DNA from: Candidatus Marinacidobacterium sp.
Lineage (GTDB): Bacteria > Acidobacteriota > Vicinamibacteria > Marinacidobacterales > Marinacidobacteraceae
Length of the DNA stretch: 64,000 nucleotides
Assembly: GCA_965220965.1 (NCBI GenBank)
Contig: OZ244852.1
Coordinates: 1,088,001 to 1,152,000 of the forward strand
Direction of reading: 5' to 3'
The translations under genes were made by a program, and so were the position numbers. Each line of letters begins with the position of its first letter. Within the stretch, counting starts at the first letter, position 1. The notes below the pieces were generated by a model. It saw only the letters and a list, made by a program, of their open reading frames with translations, had not been told where the DNA came from and ran no database searches. Below are positions 58,498 through 64,000 of the stretch, piece after piece.

Positions 58498-58832
58498 CGG
58501 CCCGGCGCCGGCCGCAGCAGCAGATCCCGGACCGAAGCGCCCCGGGGCAGCATCCAGAGCCGGATGAGGAGGTAGACGGAGACCGCGATCGTGCCGAGCG
58601 TCATGACGAGGACGAACCACAGGACGCGGCGGGGCCAGGTCGGCTCCCGCCAGGCGATCCAGAGGTACGCGAAGAGGAAGCCGAAATAGGCGTCGGCGAG
58701 GGTGGCGCGGAACCAGGGATCGGGCCAGAGCGCCGACCCGGCCTCGAAGAGCCCGCGGTCGCCCGAGGCGATCACGGTCACGCTCACCATGGACACGAGG
58801 ACCCCGAGCGAAACGAGTCGGAGAAGCGTCAT
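58494..58832 (-). CDS. DUF1475-like membrane protein
   Basis: PWFRATLADAYFGF..W...RE..W...LG...Y; ATGA overlaps. Confidence 0.75.
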   Translation of the reverse strand: MTLLRLVSLGVLVSMVSVTVIASGDRGLFEAGSALWPDPWFRATLADAYFGFLFAYLWIAWREPTWPRRVLWFVLVMTLGTIAVSVYLLIRLWMLPRGASVRDLLLRPAPGR

Positions 58833-59881
58833 GAACTTGCCTCCTTGGGCGGACCCGGCGCGGCCCTCCGGGACCACAGCGAGTGGGACACGAACCACTC
58901 GCGCCCCTCGTCGTAGCCGAAGGTCCCGGCGCAGGCCAGGAAGAAGATCCGCCAGCGACGCAGCGCGACGGCTCCCGAGCCGCCTCCCGGCGCGGCGAGC
59001 GCGGCGCGCGCCGCGGCGCGGCGCCGGTCGAGATTCCGAAGCCACGCGAGCGCGGTGCGCTCGTAGTGATCGCCGCCGACCCGCCAGCGCGCTTCAAGTT
59101 TCAGCGGCCCGGCGAGAGCGTCGAGCAGCGTTTCCGAGGGCATCAGGCCGCCGGTGAAGAAGTGGCGGGCGATCCAGTCGCCCGAGCCCCGGTCCTCGAA
59201 GAAGTAGGGGCGGGAGCGGTGGCAGAAGTGGTGCACGAACAGACGCCCGTCCGGCTTCAGCCACTGAGCCACCCGCCCCATCAGCAGCGCCTGGTTCCAC
59301 ATGTGCTCGAACATCTCGATCGAGAGGACCCGGTCGAAGCGCCGCCCCGGCTGGAAGCCGTTTAGATCCGCGGTCCGCGCCTCGACCCCGGAGTGGCCCC
59401 GGCGCCGTGCGGCTTCGCGGATCCACTCCCCCTGGGACCGGGAGTTCGAGACCGCCAGCACCCGGCAGTTCGGGTAATGCGCCGCGATCCAGAGGGTCAG
59501 CGAACCCCAGCCGCACCCCAGATCGAGGACCTCCATCCCGTCCTCGAGCCCGGCGCGCTGGCAGACGAGATCCAGCGCGGCCGCCTCGGACCCGTCGAGC
59601 GTGTCCACGCCGTCCGGCCAGTAGCCGCAGGAGTACTTCAGGTGACGACCCAGCACCAGCCGGAAGAACCCGGTCGGGACCTCGTAGTGCTGTTCGTTCG
59701 CGGCGTCGGTGGCGGCGGCGAGCGGCTCGCCCCGCATGCGCTCGAGGATCGCCGCCTCGGCCTCGGCGGCGTCCACCGCGCAGATCTCGTCGTGGCGCGC
59801 CTCGACGAACCGGTGGATGCCGCGTCGCAGCAGGCGATCGGGAACCAGGCCGCGCTCCGCCAGCGCGATGGCGGCTCTCAC
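58829..59881 (-). CDS. CFA-synthase-like SAM-dependent methyltransferase
   Basis: ANEQHYEVP, KYSC, LDLGCGWGS, SIEMFEH, HFFTGG. Confidence 0.88.
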   Translation of the reverse strand: MRAAIALAERGLVPDRLLRRGIHRFVEARHDEICAVDAAEAEAAILERMRGEPLAAATDAANEQHYEVPTGFFRLVLGRHLKYSCGYWPDGVDTLDGSEAAALDLVCQRAGLEDGMEVLDLGCGWGSLTLWIAAHYPNCRVLAVSNSRSQGEWIREAARRRGHSGVEARTADLNGFQPGRRFDRVLSIEMFEHMWNQALLMGRVAQWLKPDGRLFVHHFCHRSRPYFFEDRGSGDWIARHFFTGGLMPSETLLDALAGPLKLEARWRVGGDHYERTALAWLRNLDRRRAAARAALAAPGGGSGAVALRRWRIFFLACAGTFGYDEGREWFVSHSLWSRRAAPGPPKEASS

Positions 59882-61155
59882 GCCGGCGCCCCGGCGCCGC
59901 GGAGGGGTCCCGGCCCCCGGAAGCCGGGCTTCGCGTAGAGGAGGTGCTGGTCGGTGATCGTCCGCTCGAGAAAGCCCGCTTCGCAGTAGGCGAAGTAGAA
60001 GCGCCAGAGGCGCCGCCGCTCCTCTGACAGCCCGAGCGCCGCGATCGCCTCGTCGCGCGCCTCGAAGCGGGCGCGCCAGAGCGAGAGCGTCCGGGCGTAG
60101 TGGCGGGTCAGGTCCTCGAGGTCGAGCAGCCCGAGGTCGGAGACCTTCGCGACGCACGCCTGGATCCGCGCCAGCGAAGGCAGGAGCCCGCCGGGGAAGA
60201 TGTGCTTCTGGATGAAGTCGACGGAGCGCCGGTAGCCCTCGTAGCGCTGGTCGGAGATCAGGATCGCCTGGATGAGCGCGAGCCCGCGGGGGGCGAGAAG
60301 CTCGCTAACCGTGCGGATGTAGCCGGGCAGGAAGCGGTGGCCGACCGCCTCGATCATCTCGATCGACGCCAGCTTGTCGAAGGCGCCCCGGAAGCGGTCG
60401 GGCAGGTTCCGGTAGTCCTCGCGGATGACCGTCACCCGCTGGCCGAGCCCGGCGCGCGCGACGGCGTTCGAGGCGTAGGCGAACTGCTCGCGAGAGATCG
60501 TGGTGGCGACCACCCGGCACCCGCGCGTCCGGGCGGCGTGGATCGCGAGCGATCCCCATCCGGCGCCGATCTCCACCAGCCGGTCGTCAGGCCCCAGATC
60601 CAGCTTCCGGCAGACGAGCTCCAGCTTCGCCGCCTGCGCGGCTTCGAGCGGGGCGTCCTCGCCGTCGAAGACCCCGCAGGAATAGGTCATCGTGGGGTCC
60701 AGGAACTGCGCGAAGAAGTCGTTCCCGAGGTCGTAGTGCGCCGCGATGTTCCGTCGGCTGCCCTTGAGGCTGTTGGGCTGGAGGAGGTGCGCGGCGCGGG
60801 CGAGGCCCCGGAAGAGCGTGGCGAAACCGCCGTCCAGCCGCGAGAGCGCATCGCGGTTCCTCGCCACCACCCGGACGACGGCGGTGGGGTCGGGGCTCGT
60901 CCACAGGCCCTGCGCGAACGCCTCGCCGGCGCCGATCGATCCGTCGCGCGCCAGCCGGACCCAGCACGAGGGGTCGCGCACCGTCATGCGGGCGCGGAGC
61001 CCGGGCTCGTCGCCGGCGTCCCCGAAGGCGTGCCGCGCCCGGCCCTCGAACACCTCGAGGCGGCCGGAGCGGATCGCCTGCAGGCGTTCCAGCACCATCC
61101 GGCGCGCCATACGTCCGGACCAGCCTCCGTCCGGAACCCGGACGGCGCCGGTCAG
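59878..61155 (-). CDS. cfa: Cyclopropane-fatty-acyl-phospholipid synthase family protein; start uncertain (CTG 61155 or ATG 61110)
   Basis: NIAAHYDLGN, TMTYS, EIGAGWG, SIEMIEAVG, IFPGG, YCEAGF. Confidence 0.9.
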   Translation of the reverse strand: MTGAVRVPDGGWSGRMARRMVLERLQAIRSGRLEVFEGRARHAFGDAGDEPGLRARMTVRDPSCWVRLARDGSIGAGEAFAQGLWTSPDPTAVVRVVARNRDALSRLDGGFATLFRGLARAAHLLQPNSLKGSRRNIAAHYDLGNDFFAQFLDPTMTYSCGVFDGEDAPLEAAQAAKLELVCRKLDLGPDDRLVEIGAGWGSLAIHAARTRGCRVVATTISREQFAYASNAVARAGLGQRVTVIREDYRNLPDRFRGAFDKLASIEMIEAVGHRFLPGYIRTVSELLAPRGLALIQAILISDQRYEGYRRSVDFIQKHIFPGGLLPSLARIQACVAKVSDLGLLDLEDLTRHYARTLSLWRARFEARDEAIAALGLSEERRRLWRFYFAYCEAGFLERTITDQHLLYAKPGFRGPGPLRGAGAPA

Positions 61156-61925
61156 CGCGCCCGGCGATCCGGATGCGGATGGAACGGGATTCCCTTGAAC
61201 CAAAGTCGCATCGCCTCCCAGTGGATCCGGCCCACGACGCGGAGCGTCATCGCGGGGAACCGCGCCAGCGCCCAGGCGAGGCGCCGGCCGGTGATTTCCC
61301 TGCGCTCGAGCCGCAGGGTTGCGTCAAAAACCTTCGCCGTCCCTCGCAGGGCCTCGATGTGGACCGCGAGGCGCTCCCCGGGGGAGCTGAGCCGCCAGGA
61401 ATACTCGAGGTCCATCGGCAGAAACGGCGAAACATGGAACGTCTTGGAGTGGCGGTGGCGGCCGACCCCGGCGTCCGCCTCCGTCTCCCGGGCGTCGAGG
61501 ACGTAGCAGTGGCGCTCCCCCCACGGCGTGTTGTGCACCTCGGCGACGATCGCCTCCACCGCGTCGCCCGGGGGATCGAAGCAGTAGTAGAGGCTGAGGG
61601 GGTTGAAGCAGTGCCCGAAGGAGCGGAGGTGGGTCAGCAGCCGGATGGGTCCCGCGGGGCGCCAGCCGGTCTCGGAAGCCACCAGCTCCCGAACGGCCCC
61701 GTCGAGCGGCGCCGACGGGTCGCCGAGGTGGTCCCGCCGATCGAACCAGTGCAGGTTCCGCCGGCGCCCGGACCACAGCCAGCGCCCCTCGAACACCGTG
61801 TCGAGCTCCGACAGGTCGAGGTACATCAGGTAGAGGGGGTAGTCGAAGGCGTGCTCCCTCGGGAGGAAGCGCCGGTGGCGGATCCTTCCGGCGTAGAGCG
61901 CGCTGGACCGGTCCGCGGAGGTCAC
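61152..61925 (-). CDS. DUF1365 family protein
   Basis: HRRF, FNPLSLYYC, AEVHNTPWGERH, KTFHVSPF, IHWEAMRLWFKG. Confidence 0.92.
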   Translation of the reverse strand: MTSADRSSALYAGRIRHRRFLPREHAFDYPLYLMYLDLSELDTVFEGRWLWSGRRRNLHWFDRRDHLGDPSAPLDGAVRELVASETGWRPAGPIRLLTHLRSFGHCFNPLSLYYCFDPPGDAVEAIVAEVHNTPWGERHCYVLDARETEADAGVGRHRHSKTFHVSPFLPMDLEYSWRLSSPGERLAVHIEALRGTAKVFDATLRLERREITGRRLAWALARFPAMTLRVVGRIHWEAMRLWFKGIPFHPHPDRRAR

Positions 61926-63217
61926 GCCGCGACTCCCAGCGCCCGCGCCGCGCGGAGACCGCTCACGACGCCGTCCTCATGAAATCCATGGCCACACCAG
62001 GCCCCACAGTAGTGGATCCGGTCGACGCCGCTGATCTCCGGGAGCCGCGCCTGCGCCGAGACGGCCGCCCGATCGTAGAGCGGGTGCTCGAAGGGGAAGC
62101 GGGCGATGACGCTGGCGGCGGCCACCTCGTCCTCCTGGTTCAGCGAGACCAGGTAGGGGGTCTTCGTCGGCAGGCTCTGGAGCAGCGTCATGTTGTAGGT
62201 GACCACCACCGGGCGCCCGGGATCGCCGGGCGTCCGGTAGTTCCAGCTCGCCCAGGCGCGTCGGCTTCGGGGCAGCACGGACGGGTCGGTGTGGAGGATC
62301 GCCGGGTTCCGCTGGTAGCGGATCGCGCCGAGGACCTCCCCCTCCACCGGGGTGGGAGCTTCCAGCATACGCAGGGCCTGGTCGCTGTGGGTCGCGACGA
62401 CGACCTGGTCGAAGAGCGCCGGCCCGCGGTCCGTCACGACTTCAACGCCCCCCTTGCGCCGCCGCAACCGGCGCACCGGCGTCTCCAGGTGGATGCGGTC
62501 GCGGAAGGGCAGGGTCATCTGGTCCACGTAGACCTGCGAACCGCCCCGGATCACCCGCCAGACCGGCCGCTCGCGAAGGCCGAGGAGACGATGGTGGTCG
62601 AGGAAGCGCAGCAGGAAGAGCGCCGGGGCCTCGAGGATCCGCCGGGGGTCGGTCGACCAGATCGCCGACGTCAGCGGGATCAGGTACTGCTCGGCGAGCG
62701 CGCCTTCCAGCCGGCTGGCGGCGAGGAAGTCGCCGAGCGAGCCCTCGAACCCCTCGGCGATGGCGCGGCGGCCGACGCGGTGGAAGCGCAGGATCTGCGC
62801 CAGGAAGCGGTAGTGGGCGAGGCGGAACAGGTTGCGGCGCTGGGCGAAGAGCGCGCCCCATTCGGGGCCGGCGAACTCGAACCCGGTCCGGTCGCTCCGG
62901 AAGCTGAGGCTCATCGGCGCCGGCTGCGAGCCGACTCCCAGCTCCTCGAGCAGCCGGACGAAGTTCGGGTAGTTGGGCGGGTTGAAGACGATGAACCCGG
63001 CGTCCACCGGAAGCGGGCCGTCCGGAGTATCGACCCGGGTGGTGACGGTGTGTCCGCCGGCGTAGGGCGCGGCCTCGAACACGGTGATGTCGTGGCGGGA
63101 CCGAAGCGCTCGCGCCGCGACCAGCCCGGCGATCCCCGCGCCGACGATGGCGACGCGCTGCCCCCGCGGCGCTGCTGGGCGCCGGGCGGGATCGGGCGAG
63201 GAACTGGAAACGGTCAA
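61922..63217 (-). CDS. FAD-dependent oxidoreductase (amine-oxidase family, UfaD-like)
   Basis: GAGIAGL, GGHT, DAGFIVFN..NYP, WASWNY, GFHEDG. Confidence 0.9.
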   Translation of the reverse strand: MTVSSSSPDPARRPAAPRGQRVAIVGAGIAGLVAARALRSRHDITVFEAAPYAGGHTVTTRVDTPDGPLPVDAGFIVFNPPNYPNFVRLLEELGVGSQPAPMSLSFRSDRTGFEFAGPEWGALFAQRRNLFRLAHYRFLAQILRFHRVGRRAIAEGFEGSLGDFLAASRLEGALAEQYLIPLTSAIWSTDPRRILEAPALFLLRFLDHHRLLGLRERPVWRVIRGGSQVYVDQMTLPFRDRIHLETPVRRLRRRKGGVEVVTDRGPALFDQVVVATHSDQALRMLEAPTPVEGEVLGAIRYQRNPAILHTDPSVLPRSRRAWASWNYRTPGDPGRPVVVTYNMTLLQSLPTKTPYLVSLNQEDEVAAASVIARFPFEHPLYDRAAVSAQARLPEISGVDRIHYCGAWCGHGFHEDGVVSGLRAARALGVAA

Positions 63218-63257
63218 AACGGGCGCTTAGGATACACTCCGGCTGGTCGATATCCGA

Positions 63258-63275
63258 GTGATTCCCGGGAATCAC
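63258..63275. promoter_or_regulatory. Perfect 18-bp palindrome GTGATTCCCGGGAATCAC in a divergent promoter
   Basis: Read directly, between the cfa operon and its divergent regulator. Confidence 0.5.
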
Positions 63276-63307
63276 CGGTGTTTCCCAATGTTCAAAACGT
63301 TCAGATC

Positions 63308-64000
63308 ATGCGAACCGAACTGACGCCCCGGCAATTCGCGGGGGCCATCGGGGTCAGCGAGTCCTCGGTCAAGCGGTGGATCGACGCCGGCCGGATCACC
63401 GCGATGCGCACTCCCGGCGGGCACCGGCGGCTCAGCGTGGCCGAGGCCTTCCGCTACGTCCGGGAGGCGGGGTTGCCCCTCGTCCGGCCGGAGGAGGCGG
63501 GGCTGCCGGATCTCGCCGCCTACGTCGGCGACGGGAACGGGGGGACGCTCTTCGAGTTCCTGACTTCGGGGCGGGCGGCCGAGGCCGCCGGGCTGCTGGA
63601 GGCCCGTCTTCTGGCCGGAGCGAGCGTCGCCGAGCTGATCGACGGACCGCTGGTGGAGGCGATGTCCCGCGCCGGGGAGCTGTGGCTCGGGAAGCCGGAG
63701 GGCATCGTCGCCGAGCACCGGGCCACCGAGACCGCGGTTCAGGCGCTCAGCCGGATCCGGGCGCTCCTGCCCCCGCCGCCGGGCGCGCCGGTGGCGCTCG
63801 GCTGCGCTCCGGCGGGAGACCCGTACCTGCTGCCGACGCTCTCCGCCGCCACCGTCCTCCAGGAGGAGGGATACCGGGCGGTCAATCTGGGGGCCGACAT
63901 GCCGCTCGGCGCGGTCGAACCGGGTCTGGACGCGCTGCGGCCGCGTCTCGTCTGGGTCAGTTGCAGTACAGTACCCACCGACTCCCGATTGCGCCGGGAG
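63308..64000 (+). CDS. MerR/excisionase-HTH + B12-binding-domain regulator (CarH/LitR-like), runs off the window
   Basis: Own translation (not in the ORF track): GVSESSVKRW..RTPGGHRR, W-x9-EH (WLGKPEGIVAEH), GDPYLLP, NLGADMP. Confidence 0.82.
   Translation, partial: MRTELTPRQFAGAIGVSESSVKRWIDAGRITAMRTPGGHRRLSVAEAFRYVREAGLPLVRPEEAGLPDLAAYVGDGNGGTLFEFLTSGRAAEAAGLLEARLLAGASVAELIDGPLVEAMSRAGELWLGKPEGIVAEHRATETAVQALSRIRALLPPPPGAPVALGCAPAGDPYLLPTLSAATVLQEEGYRAVNLGADMPLGAVEPGLDALRPRLVWVSCSTVPTDSRLRRE

Overview
Very GC-rich bacterial DNA. Two 'Acidobacterial-type' VWA/TPR gene pairs suggest Acidobacteriota, but this is inference only. The left ~28 kb is mostly housekeeping/catabolic: a MoxR-associated bat operon (DUF58, batA-E), a Tat-exported M20 amidohydrolase, two TPR+VWA modules, a stand-alone ketosynthase, a radical SAM enzyme, DmpA, a TRAP transporter, an atypical M20 protein, a reductive-dehalogenase-like protein, a Tsx-like porin and an M14 peptidase. 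About 28.6-50.6 kb is a defence-type accessory region. It holds a PD-(D/E)XK nuclease, an SNF2-DUF3883 helicase-nuclease, a HEPN-DUF499 ATPase, two tandem tyrosine recombinases, two convergent DUF1156 methyltransferase copies, orphan antitoxins, a Schlafen/AlbA_2 protein and a degenerate MAD3-like ATPase. The two DUF1156 copies share a 903-bp inverted N-terminal repeat and differ in the middle. They share a single C-terminal segment bounded by an exact 34-bp inverted repeat. This looks like an invertible, phase-variable methyltransferase locus and is the main finding. The right end has a solute symporter, a form I CO dehydrogenase (coxMSL, AYRCSFR) followed by a 180-bp MITE, a cfa/DUF1365/FAD-oxidoreductase lipid-modification operon, and a divergent CarH-like regulator with a His-to-Tyr change. 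No rRNA, tRNA or CRISPR array was seen. All calls come from reading motifs by eye; no database search was run.
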